64,000 nt of DNA from a virus, in IMG/VR virus record IMGVR_UViG_3300023440_000002, positions 44,382-108,381 of that record, one strand, 5' to 3'. The notes beneath the pieces were generated by a model. That model made no database searches. It had not been told where the DNA came from and saw only the letters and a program-made list of their open reading frames with translations. The position numbers and the translations under genes are program-made. Below are positions 52,508 through 62,249 of the stretch, one piece after another (position 1 is the first letter of the stretch; each line of letters starts with the position of its first letter).

Positions 52508-53221
52508 ATGAGTATTTTTGAAGAGGTAAAAAAAACAGTCAGTGATATGGATATTATTCATACAGAAGCTTTCGCATTAAAGTTCCAAAAAGCTTTCATT
52601 AAATTTAACACAATACGAACTAAATTCCCTTCAACTACTGTTTTATCAGAAAAAGAAAGAGAGCTTCTTCATATTTTAGAAACAAGATCTGAAGGCAATA
52701 ACGGTGACACTAAAATTAGAGATTCCAACCTTCAAGAGTTGATTGGAAAAAGCCGCCAAACTATCAGTCGCTACCTGAGAAAACTTGAAGATCTTGGTTA
52801 TATTAACAGGTTAAGTATCCCCTTAAAGTTTAAGGGTGATCATCCGACGATGAAAGTGTGGAAAGATCGAACTATTCGATGTCTCCGAATACTTCTAAAG
52901 AATCGTTTTAAATGGGAAAGAGATCTTAAATGGAAAAGAGATTTTAGACCTGATTTTGATTTAGGTGCAGCTTTTGATATCTCTACTGGCCGGAAATTAA
53001 ACATAAAATGGATATTAGATGTTGGAACTGTAGTTACTTTGATGGGCGAAGAGATAAGGGCGGCATGGGATTGGATGCCAGGTTTATGTCAGATGGGATT
53101 GCTTGATCCAGAACAGCAAGCGATGTTTGAAGATTTAAGAGATAAAATAGAAGTTAATCATGAAGATCCAGAGGCGACGGCAGTCTTGGGAATGAAAGTT
53201 AAATATACGAGGGCATGGTAA
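52508..53221 (+). CDS. winged-HTH DNA-binding protein, possible replication initiator
   Basis: LQELIGKSRQTISRYLRKLEDLGYINR; adjacent to inverted repeat. Confidence 0.6.
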   Translation: MSIFEEVKKTVSDMDIIHTEAFALKFQKAFIKFNTIRTKFPSTTVLSEKERELLHILETRSEGNNGDTKIRDSNLQELIGKSRQTISRYLRKLEDLGYINRLSIPLKFKGDHPTMKVWKDRTIRCLRILLKNRFKWERDLKWKRDFRPDFDLGAAFDISTGRKLNIKWILDVGTVVTLMGEEIRAAWDWMPGLCQMGLLDPEQQAMFEDLRDKIEVNHEDPEATAVLGMKVKYTRAW

Positions 53222-54978
53222 TGGGTTTATTTCAATCAAGCAAGCCAAAATCGGCTGGTAAAATAATGGTTTCAGATAGTAAAGAATTAACATCTTTGGT
53301 TTCCGAAACCCTTAAACATATGGCTGAGATGGCTGGTAAAACTTTAGGTCCAGGAGGCCGTCAAGTTCTAATTGAAAGACCGGAAATGGGGATGAAACCT
53401 ATCATTACAAAAGATGGGGTTACCGTTATAAAGAATTTAGGTTACTCTGACTCCGTAAAGCAGTTAATTTTAGAATCAGCCAGAGATGCAGCTCTTCGAA
53501 CTGCGTCAGAGGCTGGCGACGGAACCACCACAGCAACGATCTTATCTTCAGCTATCTCCAAATACACAGAAGAGATTTCCAAAATACACCCTAAGATGAG
53601 CCCTCAACGAATTGTAAGGGAGCTTCAAGGTTTAATCCCAGAAATTAAAGAGTTTGTGAAATCTTTCAGTGTTGTTTCCTCTGCCGATAATTACGAAAAA
53701 ATCCTGCATAGCGTGGCGTCTCTTTCGGCTAATGGTGATTCCAGTTTAGCTGATTCTGTTTTAGAAGCTTTCGACACTGTAGGTGAAGAGGGCAATTTAA
53801 CCATCGTCGAAGCCACAGGTGCAAGCCGGTACGAAGTGGAAAGAATTTCTGGATATACCGTAGATCAGGGGTATGAGGAATCACTTAAGAGATTTTCTAA
53901 TGGTTTCATTAATGATCGCACTGGAACATTAGTTGGAATGGAAAAGCCGGTAGTTTTGCTGTATGATGGTGTTATTAATGATCTTTCACAGGTTTTCCCT
54001 GCACTTCAAAGCCTTAGTGAGTATTGGGATCAAACTAAGCATCAATTCAAGAATGTTGTTTTGGTCGCCCACGGTTTTTCTGATTTAGTTTTAGGTGATA
54101 TGCATCAAAACTGGGTTCACCCTTCAACCATTAATGTTTTGCCGTTAATTACTCCTCAAACAGCTATTAAGAATTGGCGAACTCAGTTTTTATATGATCT
54201 TCAGTCGTATACTGGATCTCCAGTTTTTAACCCTCTAGATAAGCCTATTTCTGACTTAAATCCGGAATCTATGACGAAAAACAACCTGGTCACTAATGTT
54301 GAATGCTCTAGATTTAGAACTTCGATTATATCTGAAGAGGATGAGATTTTAATTGAAGGTCGAGTTGGTGAGCTGAAAGAGCAACTTAAGAGCCCGGAAA
54401 GCCAATATGAAGAAAATGACCTTAATGTTAGAATCGGCAAGCTGACTAGTGGTATTGCAAGGCTTTATGTTTATGGTCCATCTCAAGGCGAAACGAGAGA
54501 AAAAAGGGACAGGGCAGAGGATGCATGGATGGCAATAAGAGGTGCTGTAAAATATGGAGCTGTTCCTGGTGGAGGGTATGTTCTGGTCAGGCTTGCAGCT
54601 AAAATGCTGGTTAGTGCTGTATCTGTCCCTCTGTCGCCTAAGCAGGTGGCAATGTCTATTTTATCTCAAGCTCTGCTTGAACCAATAGATTTCCTTTACG
54701 GCAATTACGGATACACAGAATCCGAAATAGAAGAGGTTCGAGAGAAACTTTTACTTGATGATAATCAAACATTTGATGTTATGAATCAAGAGTGGGTCGA
54801 TAAAAACTCATTACTAGACTCATTACCTGCGGTAACCGAAGCTATAGAAAACTCAATATCAATAGCTTCTTTGTTGGGAACTTTAGGTGGTATCGTATCT
54901 TTCGATAGGGATACGGAAGCTGATTCTAGGGAGCAAGTTTTAGAGAGAAATTACCAGAAAGCCGTTGGTGGTAACTGA
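53221..54978 (+). CDS. groEL: phage-encoded GroEL-like chaperonin
   Basis: TLGPGGR, ITKDGVTV, AGDGTTTAT, EKRDRAEDA, VPGGG. Confidence 0.92.
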   Translation: MGLFQSSKPKSAGKIMVSDSKELTSLVSETLKHMAEMAGKTLGPGGRQVLIERPEMGMKPIITKDGVTVIKNLGYSDSVKQLILESARDAALRTASEAGDGTTTATILSSAISKYTEEISKIHPKMSPQRIVRELQGLIPEIKEFVKSFSVVSSADNYEKILHSVASLSANGDSSLADSVLEAFDTVGEEGNLTIVEATGASRYEVERISGYTVDQGYEESLKRFSNGFINDRTGTLVGMEKPVVLLYDGVINDLSQVFPALQSLSEYWDQTKHQFKNVVLVAHGFSDLVLGDMHQNWVHPSTINVLPLITPQTAIKNWRTQFLYDLQSYTGSPVFNPLDKPISDLNPESMTKNNLVTNVECSRFRTSIISEEDEILIEGRVGELKEQLKSPESQYEENDLNVRIGKLTSGIARLYVYGPSQGETREKRDRAEDAWMAIRGAVKYGAVPGGGYVLVRLAAKMLVSAVSVPLSPKQVAMSILSQALLEPIDFLYGNYGYTESEIEEVREKLLLDDNQTFDVMNQEWVDKNSLLDSLPAVTEAIENSISIASLLGTLGGIVSFDRDTEADSREQVLERNYQKAVGGN

Positions 54979-55247
54979 TGGGCTGGTTCAGCTATAAGTG
55001 CAATACCTGTGAGAATACATTTCGAAAGTCACTTCCTTTGAGAAAAAAAACTCAAGAGTGTGTTATTTGCCACGAAGAGGCTGAAGTTATTTTGAAGGTA
55101 GGTTCAGTTCAGGTTGTTGAGCGTCTAGATAATGGAGCTATGGCTAGGGCGGTAGAGCGGCTTCATAATATTGAGGAGATTATGGATGAGCGTGATGCTA
55201 AAAGCACAAAAAGAAATATGGAAGGTTTAGAGGGTTTAGATGAATAA
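54978..55247 (+). CDS. FmdB-like zinc-ribbon protein
   Basis: YKCNTC...F...ECVIC. Confidence 0.6.
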   Translation: MGWFSYKCNTCENTFRKSLPLRKKTQECVICHEEAEVILKVGSVQVVERLDNGAMARAVERLHNIEEIMDERDAKSTKRNMEGLEGLDE

Positions 55248-55308
55248 ATAGGTTGCTGTGTTCCGTTTCTTTTGTTATGTTTTTTAGGTAATCACTAAGG
55301 GGGTATTT

Positions 55309-57018
55309 ATGAGTGGCAATTTAAGACCAGTTGAATTAAGTTTAGAAGGTTTTAGGTCTTTTGTTGACAAGACAACAATAAAATTCCCCGACATTAAACG
55401 GGGAGCTATCCTGATTAGTGGTTCGTATAAGGATGGGGAGACATCTTCAGGTTCCGGCAAGTCTACCATCTTGATGGCTATGGCTTTCGCTTTAGGTTTC
55501 TGTGACATACCTAACACTGAACTTAAAAGCTGGTACGGGAAAAACAAATTGAATGTCAAGCTTGTTTTGACTGATGACGACAATACCTATGAGATAATTA
55601 GAAATCCGAAACTTAAACTAGTTATCAATGGAGAGAAATTTGGAGGTACGTCTGCGGGAGCTAAAGAGAAATTAGAGGAAATCTTAAAGGCACCTTCAGA
55701 GTTAATTAAGGCGCTAACTTACAGACCTCAAAGAGAGAAAGGTACATTCCTAACAAACACTGACTCTAAAAATAAAGAGTTTTTAACGAAAATCCTATCT
55801 CTGAATTCGATAGAGTCGGCTAGTGATTCTTTTCTTCAAGAGTTAAACTCGATAAATTTCAAGAGATCTTCCCTAGAAAGCTCTATTTCTGTATTAAAAT
55901 CAACACTAAGTAATTCAAACGTTTCTGATGCTCAAATCACTGAAGCTCAAGCGACGGTAAATTCCCTTAAAACTAAACTTGAATCTATGGGATCGGTAGC
56001 TGAGGATGTTGCGGGATATCAAGAAAGTATCGATAGTATTAATGTTGAACTTTCACGTATAGCAAAAGCGAGTAATGAGGTTTTGGTAGCCAAAAACCAA
56101 AATCTGGCGATAAGGGTTAAGGTTGGAGAACTACAATCTGAAATATCAGAATTAAAAAAAGGTGTTTGTGTTACATGTAAGAGGGAGTGGGATCAGTTCC
56201 AATCTTTAGTGTCTATGAAGGCGGAAGATATCTCTAATCTTCTGGATTCCATGAAATCTAATATCGCTTTAATTAATTCGGCAGCTCAGCTAATCAACCC
56301 TCAACATAAAGCTCAAATGGAAGAATCTAGGCAGCTTTATCAGATAAAGATCGGTGAGGTGTCTGCGCCAGTCGGCAGTGCAACACAGTCTTATAACTTA
56401 GCTGTATCTAACCTTGATAATTTGAATAGAATGAAAAAAATGAACAGCTCTTATGTTGAGCAACTTTCATCTCAAGAGATAGAACTAAAAGGTTTGGATA
56501 TTGAAGTTCATTTGCTGGATCATTGTGTTAAAATAATAGGAAGGCAGGGGTTCTTAGGTGGTATTTTTGATGAGGTTTTATCTGAAATAAAAATGAGAAC
56601 TAATGACCTTATGGTTTATATGCCTAATATTAATACATTTTCTTTGGATGTTTCATCGACATCGGTTACTCAAACAGGGAAAGTAAATAAGAAAATAAAT
56701 ACTGTGATGTATAAGGATGGAATGCCAAAATCTTTAAAGTCTATGTCTGGAGGTCAACAAGTAGCCTCAGAGCTTTGCGCCGATCTGGCTGTGTCAGAGA
56801 CTATAAAGTCCAGGTCGGGCTCTAGATTGGGGTGGGTAGGGCTAGATGAGGCTATGGAAGGGTTGGATGTTGAAACTAAGATTGCAGCTCTTGATGCTAT
56901 AAAATCAAAAGTTGACGGATTGCTTATAATTGTAGATCATTCAACAGAAATTAAAGAGTCTTTTGATATGGTCATAGATGTCCAATTTGACGGAAAAAGG
57001 AGCTGGGTTGAACAGTAA
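55309..57018 (+). CDS. sbcC: SbcC/Rad50-like (gp46-like) recombination ATPase
   Basis: GSGKST, CVTC zinc hook in coiled coil, MSGGQ, LDE...LD, VDH. Confidence 0.88.
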   Translation: MSGNLRPVELSLEGFRSFVDKTTIKFPDIKRGAILISGSYKDGETSSGSGKSTILMAMAFALGFCDIPNTELKSWYGKNKLNVKLVLTDDDNTYEIIRNPKLKLVINGEKFGGTSAGAKEKLEEILKAPSELIKALTYRPQREKGTFLTNTDSKNKEFLTKILSLNSIESASDSFLQELNSINFKRSSLESSISVLKSTLSNSNVSDAQITEAQATVNSLKTKLESMGSVAEDVAGYQESIDSINVELSRIAKASNEVLVAKNQNLAIRVKVGELQSEISELKKGVCVTCKREWDQFQSLVSMKAEDISNLLDSMKSNIALINSAAQLINPQHKAQMEESRQLYQIKIGEVSAPVGSATQSYNLAVSNLDNLNRMKKMNSSYVEQLSSQEIELKGLDIEVHLLDHCVKIIGRQGFLGGIFDEVLSEIKMRTNDLMVYMPNINTFSLDVSSTSVTQTGKVNKKINTVMYKDGMPKSLKSMSGGQQVASELCADLAVSETIKSRSGSRLGWVGLDEAMEGLDVETKIAALDAIKSKVDGLLIIVDHSTEIKESFDMVIDVQFDGKRSWVEQ

Positions 57019-57451
57019 AAGTAGACTTTTAGATATGTCAAGACCCTTACCTTCAATGGTAATACCTGATAGGTATTATTTGTCATATTATGACGTTGTT
57101 AGTAATAGTGGGCCTTTATATGTTGTACTGTCGATAAATGAAGGGGAATCTTCTTTGTATTTTTCTAAAAACAAAGAAGGGGAGTTTGTGTCTTATGTTT
57201 TTTATCGGATATCTGACGCAAACAAATACCTTAAAACTGTTAGAACCTTTAAGGGGGAGGATGTGTCAGCTTTAGTGTTATGGGGAGGTACAGCGTCAAT
57301 ATTGGCAAACTCCTATAGCAAGGTACTAAAAAAAGAAAAAAGTGGTGTTAGAGGGCAAAGGAAACTTAAAGCGGTTTCTTCTGTGTTTATTAATGATCGG
57401 TTTGTCGATCTTGAACTTTTTTGGGTTGACGATAACCTAAAAATAAATTAG
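56978..57451 (+). CDS. hypothetical protein
   Basis: ORF track. Confidence 0.55.
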   Translation: MSNLTEKGAGLNSKSRLLDMSRPLPSMVIPDRYYLSYYDVVSNSGPLYVVLSINEGESSLYFSKNKEGEFVSYVFYRISDANKYLKTVRTFKGEDVSALVLWGGTASILANSYSKVLKKEKSGVRGQRKLKAVSSVFINDRFVDLELFWVDDNLKIN

Positions 57452-57452
57452 A

Positions 57453-57728
57453 ATGGGTGATGATTTGGAAGATGTTATGAAAAAACAAAGGGAAGGTTAC
57501 GTAGCTCAACTAGAAGAGGCAGGGGGAGAAATCATTAAAATGAAAGAAACTCGAGAGAAAACTATAGCACAGATTGACAATCGAGTGTCTATTTTACAAT
57601 CCAGGTGTGATCAACTGAAAGGTGCAATATTTGCCCTTGACAGTCTGGTTCAAGCCGAAACAGAAACAGAAACAGAAACAGAAACAGAAACAGAAACAGA
57701 AAGTGAGGGAGATGATGCGAAAAAGTAG
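57453..57728 (+). CDS. coiled-coil protein with (ET)7 tail
   Basis: ORF track. Confidence 0.6.
   Translation: MGDDLEDVMKKQREGYVAQLEEAGGEIIKMKETREKTIAQIDNRVSILQSRCDQLKGAIFALDSLVQAETETETETETETETESEGDDAKK
57657..57698 (+). repeat. (GAAACA)7 microsatellite
   Basis: seven perfect copies, in frame. Confidence 0.9.
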
Positions 57729-58002
57729 ACAGCCTAAAACCTTAGAAGAAAAAGTGTTTTCTATTGACCCTGATTTTATTACAGAAATCAGGGGAGGGAC
57801 GCTAGATGAGGCAAAAAATAAGTTATTTCGCCTTGATAAGTACGAAACCGAACTTATGGATGCGAGAGATGATGATCAAGACCTTGCTTCGAAAAGAGAA
57901 GAGCTGAAGGTGGCAAATCAAACCTACTCAGAACCTCTAAAGGCTATTAAACTGAAAAGAGCTTTCGCTCTTAAGGTTTTAGCTGAAAAGGGTGACATTT
58001 GA
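57712..58002 (+). CDS. hypothetical protein
   Basis: start MMRKSR after GAGGGAG. Confidence 0.6.
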   Translation: MMRKSRQPKTLEEKVFSIDPDFITEIRGGTLDEAKNKLFRLDKYETELMDARDDDQDLASKREELKVANQTYSEPLKAIKLKRAFALKVLAEKGDI

Positions 58003-58601
58003 AGGTTGTGGGTTTGGATATGTCAACCAAAACAGGGTATGCCGTCATTAATGACGGCACCTTGTCCGATTATGGTATGATCCTTAGATCCCCAAGGTCA
58101 CTCGACGAAGAAACTCAGCTTAATGTTGAGGATTACGGATTCTTATCTGACGCAAAGGATATAGCTATAGGTGCTCTAGGTGTAGCTCAGAGAGAAAAAC
58201 CAGACTTTATTTATATAGAACAAACCAATAAAGGCAGGAATAGGGTGTCGCAAAAACAGCTAGAGTTTATCCACTGCATGGTACTTGATGGCTTGTTAGG
58301 TGGCGGAATGGCCGGTAAAGTTAGGTATGTCGATACTTCAGCTTGGAGACGTCACTTGTCTGTGAGATTATCAAAAGATGACTCTAAACATAACAAACTA
58401 GTAAAAAACAGGCTAGCTCGGGGTAAAATAACAACAAAACATTTAGCTGTAAGATGGGCTAACGACAAATTTAACCTGAATTTGATTTTAAAAGACAATG
58501 ACATAGCTGACGCAATAGCTGTCGCAACTTATGGTATTAATTACGAAACAAAAACTAAACCCAACATTACAGAAACTGATATAAATAATTTATTCAAATA
58601 A
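57999..58601 (+). CDS. RuvC-like Holliday junction resolvase
   Basis: VGLDMSTKTGYA, YIEQ, DIADAIAVA. Confidence 0.8.
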   Translation: MKVVGLDMSTKTGYAVINDGTLSDYGMILRSPRSLDEETQLNVEDYGFLSDAKDIAIGALGVAQREKPDFIYIEQTNKGRNRVSQKQLEFIHCMVLDGLLGGGMAGKVRYVDTSAWRRHLSVRLSKDDSKHNKLVKNRLARGKITTKHLAVRWANDKFNLNLILKDNDIADAIAVATYGINYETKTKPNITETDINNLFK

Positions 58602-58634
58602 TCTTAATGTTTGTGCTATAATAAGAAGGTAAGT

Positions 58635-59465
58635 ATGGATTTTGACTGGGATGAAGAATTGATCGAAACTCAACATAAAAAACCGGAAGAAGATCCTCCT
58701 GAAGAGGATGGTTGGGAATATGTTGATGAGTTAATTGATGATGAAACTGATGATTCAACCGTAACTCTTGCGATTAAAAGAATTGAACAAGCTAAACTTT
58801 ACGAGTCATTAATTACTCATGATTTTTTCGCTCCAGGTTCCGCTAGACCGGAAATCCAAAGTAAAGTAACAAAAGAGATTCGTGATTTTATATTAGATAG
58901 ACTTTCCGTTCTCGTCGGTCTAAAAGACGAACCAAGCACTGTTCAAGTTAAGGCGGAAATGCCGTGGAATGAAAGTCAAATCGAAGCGTTAACTTCTATA
59001 GCTAACAGGCTTGTAGATAAAAAAAGCACTACGGTGTTAAATAAACCTACAGTTCAGCAATTTTCAGCTGTAAGTAGCTCTGTACCTGTAGTTAATGTGG
59101 TTAATCAATCTCCAGTTCAGCCTAAACAAGCAGAGGTTGATTATCAACCTGTTCAGAAAAGAACAAAAAGAACAAAAAGAACTAGAAGGCGTAAAGCTGA
59201 AGCAAAAGTCAAACTACCTTCCGGTGTAAAGATCGACGATAACACTGGACGTCCAATGTCAGAAAACGGTATCGTCCTATATGGAGGGCAAGTTACAAAT
59301 AAATCTTCACCTCCAAAAAAAATGCCAACACAAGCTGAAATGAACATGATTAATAATAGGGCTGTTCAGAGAAATCAAGCCGGAACTGGAAGTATAGGTG
59401 ATAAACTTTTAGGTATGGCAATTAATCAAGCCCAGAGTTTAAATAGAAACATACTTGAGGAGTAA
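58635..59465 (+). CDS. hypothetical protein (acidic N-terminus)
   Basis: start MDFDW; TGCTATAAT at 58614-58622. Confidence 0.65.
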   Translation: MDFDWDEELIETQHKKPEEDPPEEDGWEYVDELIDDETDDSTVTLAIKRIEQAKLYESLITHDFFAPGSARPEIQSKVTKEIRDFILDRLSVLVGLKDEPSTVQVKAEMPWNESQIEALTSIANRLVDKKSTTVLNKPTVQQFSAVSSSVPVVNVVNQSPVQPKQAEVDYQPVQKRTKRTKRTRRRKAEAKVKLPSGVKIDDNTGRPMSENGIVLYGGQVTNKSSPPKKMPTQAEMNMINNRAVQRNQAGTGSIGDKLLGMAINQAQSLNRNILEE

Positions 59466-59469
59466 AAAT

Positions 59470-60048
59470 ATGAGTACTTTAGAGAGAATTCAAAAACTGG
59501 AAGAGTCTATGGGACAAGTCGTAGCTCGTGTTACTCAACCAGATCAAATGCTGCAAATGGCCATGAATAAAATTGTGGGTATTGAGCAATCTGTCGCTTC
59601 GTTAGGTAAAACATTAACGGCCGTTACTGAAGAGTTAGCGGAAACAGAAACCTTAAATAGTATGAACGTAATGATTAGACTTCGAAGATCTGAAGATGAG
59701 TCTTCAAGATCTAATGTTGAATCTCTATTAAGCCAAGACATAATAGAAGTTTCTGATGTTGTGTCTGATGACTCTTTAGTGGCTCTTGAGCAGAAGATCA
59801 TTAATATGGATTCGGGAGAATCGACTGTGTTAGCTGAATATAACCTAATTGGGATGGCGTCACCTGTAACTAGTGTTGTATGGAAGGACTCTCTGCTTGG
59901 TAAGTCGGTTGGGGACACAGTAAAAGGTACTAATGAGGGTGCCGAAGATGAACTTTTAACTGTTATTGCTATTTACTCAGTAAAAGAAAAAGAAGTGATA
60001 GGTGACAGTACGAAACAGGAAAATCAACAATCAGTATCGGAAGTTTAA
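59470..60048 (+). CDS. hypothetical protein (coiled coil plus C-terminal LLGKSVGD domain)
   Basis: RBS GAGGAG. Confidence 0.65.
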   Translation: MSTLERIQKLEESMGQVVARVTQPDQMLQMAMNKIVGIEQSVASLGKTLTAVTEELAETETLNSMNVMIRLRRSEDESSRSNVESLLSQDIIEVSDVVSDDSLVALEQKIINMDSGESTVLAEYNLIGMASPVTSVVWKDSLLGKSVGDTVKGTNEGAEDELLTVIAIYSVKEKEVIGDSTKQENQQSVSEV

Positions 60049-60051
60049 ACT

Positions 60052-61326
60052 ATGGCAAAGAAAAAAAACAAACTGGTGGACCAGATAGCTGCCGACATGA
60101 AAAGGGTTGCTAAAAAACTTGGGATTAATCCGGCACTTCTAACTAAAGCTAAGTATTTTAGTGGTGAGCCAAAAATAAGCGAATGGGATCTTCGTAAATC
60201 TGGTGGTTTTATTGGGATTCGGAATGCTTATTTTGAGTATGATGATGACAGTAGAGACGAGGCAGCATGGACAGAAAACGCTGATCTAAGAAAAGCGTTC
60301 AGGAAGCTTCGCCGTGATTCTGGTTCTATGGATCTTATGTTTAATAGGATCTCCGAAGCTATATCTAAAATACCAAAGATTAAGGTTAAACCATACAAAG
60401 CAACTAAAAGCAAAAAAAAGGTGAAAACTAAAGATCTTAGAACTTTAAATTTAGTATTATCTGATCTTCACTTTGGTTCCGACTTAACAGAAGATGAGCA
60501 TGGTCATGATTTTGGTAGGGTTGAGGAAGCTAGAGCTTTAGCTGTTGTTGTGAAGAATGTATGTAATTACAAACTAGAATACAGAGATCAAACGGAACTT
60601 GTTGTTAATATTTTAGGTGATGTTATAGAAAACGAACTTCACGGTTCCGGTTCGGCAGACTATCTTCACTTACAGTGTTGTAGAGCTATGTGGCTTTTAT
60701 CTCAAGCTTTAGCTAAGTTTTCTGAGAATTTCTACAAAGTTAGGGTTAATTTTGCTGTAGGAAATCACGGAAGAGACACCTCTATTCACCCTAAAAGAGC
60801 AACTGACGTTAAATTTAACGCCCTCGAAACAACTATTTATTACGGAGTTAAGTTGGCGTGCTCAGGTATGAGCAATATCGAGTTTAATCAACCTAAAACC
60901 CCATGGATAACATATAAAGCTCAAGGTCACAATATGTATGCTACTCATGGAGATACAAACTTAAATCCGGGCAATCCCGGAAATAAACTTGATGTTAGGG
61001 GGATGGAAGGGCAAATAAATAAAATAAATGCAGCTTTAGATGACAGTGAAGAGTATGAAGTGTTTATGGCAGGGCACGTCCATCACGCTATGGCTACACC
61101 CATGCCTAATGGTACATTTCTTATTACTAACGGGGCATTAGTTCCACCTAACAGTTTTGCACAAACCTTAAATATAATGGAATCACAACAAATACAGGTT
61201 TTATTTGAAACAACTAAAGAATTTGCTGTTGGTGATTTTAGATTTATCAATATAACATCATCGGACTATAGCAGTAACAAATCACTTGATTTAATCATCC
61301 AGCCATTTAAAAGTCTGGACATCTAA
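60052..61326 (+). CDS. calcineurin-like metallophosphoesterase with N-terminal extension
   Basis: SDLHFG, GDVIE, GNHG, THGD, GHVH. Confidence 0.85.
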   Translation: MAKKKNKLVDQIAADMKRVAKKLGINPALLTKAKYFSGEPKISEWDLRKSGGFIGIRNAYFEYDDDSRDEAAWTENADLRKAFRKLRRDSGSMDLMFNRISEAISKIPKIKVKPYKATKSKKKVKTKDLRTLNLVLSDLHFGSDLTEDEHGHDFGRVEEARALAVVVKNVCNYKLEYRDQTELVVNILGDVIENELHGSGSADYLHLQCCRAMWLLSQALAKFSENFYKVRVNFAVGNHGRDTSIHPKRATDVKFNALETTIYYGVKLACSGMSNIEFNQPKTPWITYKAQGHNMYATHGDTNLNPGNPGNKLDVRGMEGQINKINAALDDSEEYEVFMAGHVHHAMATPMPNGTFLITNGALVPPNSFAQTLNIMESQQIQVLFETTKEFAVGDFRFINITSSDYSSNKSLDLIIQPFKSLDI

Positions 61327-61338
61327 TAAAGACCTCTT

Positions 61339-61689
61339 ATGATAAAAAAACCTAAAATTGTTCGTTCGGCAGCTGAAGAGAAAAAACACTATAAGGGAGT
61401 AATAAGAGATAAAAACAAAAGAATTAAAATATTAGAAAGAGAGGTTTCCAGGTTAAGTAAATACTTAGTCAGGGAGGGTTTTGAATATAAATGGGACGAA
61501 GAGGAGAATCAAGTTGCATCACCAAACCAAGGCCCTGACTGGGAATGCGTTAAGTGTGAGCATAATGAATGTTACGAGTTCGAACTACCTCAAGGCAGTT
61601 CAATTCGAAAATACTTCACTTGTAAGAATTGTGGTAACAGAACTAGGGCTGTGATTGATGGTAAAGTTATGGACCCCTCAGGGGAATAA
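61339..61689 (+). CDS. zinc-ribbon protein
   Basis: CVKC...CKNCG. Confidence 0.6.
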   Translation: MIKKPKIVRSAAEEKKHYKGVIRDKNKRIKILEREVSRLSKYLVREGFEYKWDEEENQVASPNQGPDWECVKCEHNECYEFELPQGSSIRKYFTCKNCGNRTRAVIDGKVMDPSGE

Positions 61690-62041
61690 AAAGCAAACAG
61701 AGATTGATATTAAGCTTACTAGTATAGTTAATTACACTAGTAAATTAAAAATAGATCTTACAGTTTTAAGGCGTCAACTTATAGGTATTGAGGAAGACAC
61801 ATACGAACTGGAATCTTGCTTAGATAAACTTAAAAATGAGGCCTTGGTGGTGTCGGCTAGTCAGTTTGGTTTAATTAGAGGTAAGTTAAACGAATCAATC
61901 AAACAAAGAGACAAAATACTACTTTTTATAAAAAATACTAAAGCTACGGTGGCTGATCTTTCTAGGCAATCTGAAGAGTTGATAAAGCTTCGAAGTTTAT
62001 CTGATACAAAAATTATTCATATTGATTTTGGAAAAAAATGA
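61658..62041 (+). CDS. coiled-coil hypothetical protein
   Basis: ORF track. Confidence 0.55.
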   Translation: MVKLWTPQGNKKQTEIDIKLTSIVNYTSKLKIDLTVLRRQLIGIEEDTYELESCLDKLKNEALVVSASQFGLIRGKLNESIKQRDKILLFIKNTKATVADLSRQSEELIKLRSLSDTKIIHIDFGKK

Positions 62042-62247
62042 AAGAAAAAAAGAGAGACTTACGGCTAGAGACAGATAGGGATTTTATTGTATCCGAAAGG
62101 TATAATAATAATCTATCCGAACTGATATCTAACTACCCTGACGGAGTGCCTGATAAGGTAATTTGTCGAACCTTACAAATAACCCAAAAAGAGCTGGAAA
62201 CCTATTACGATTGTGCTATAATTAATTTGAAAAAAGTTATGGAGTAG
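62038..62247 (+). CDS. small HTH-like protein
   Basis: DKVICRTLQITQKEL...AIINLK. Confidence 0.5.
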   Translation: MKEKKRDLRLETDRDFIVSERYNNNLSELISNYPDGVPDKVICRTLQITQKELETYYDCAIINLKKVME

Positions 62248-62249
62248 TT

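Noticed and set aside
57622-57711. KQKQKQ N-terminus of ORF 57622..58002
   Set aside because: Alternative-frame reading of the microsatellite; the RBS supports a start at 57712.
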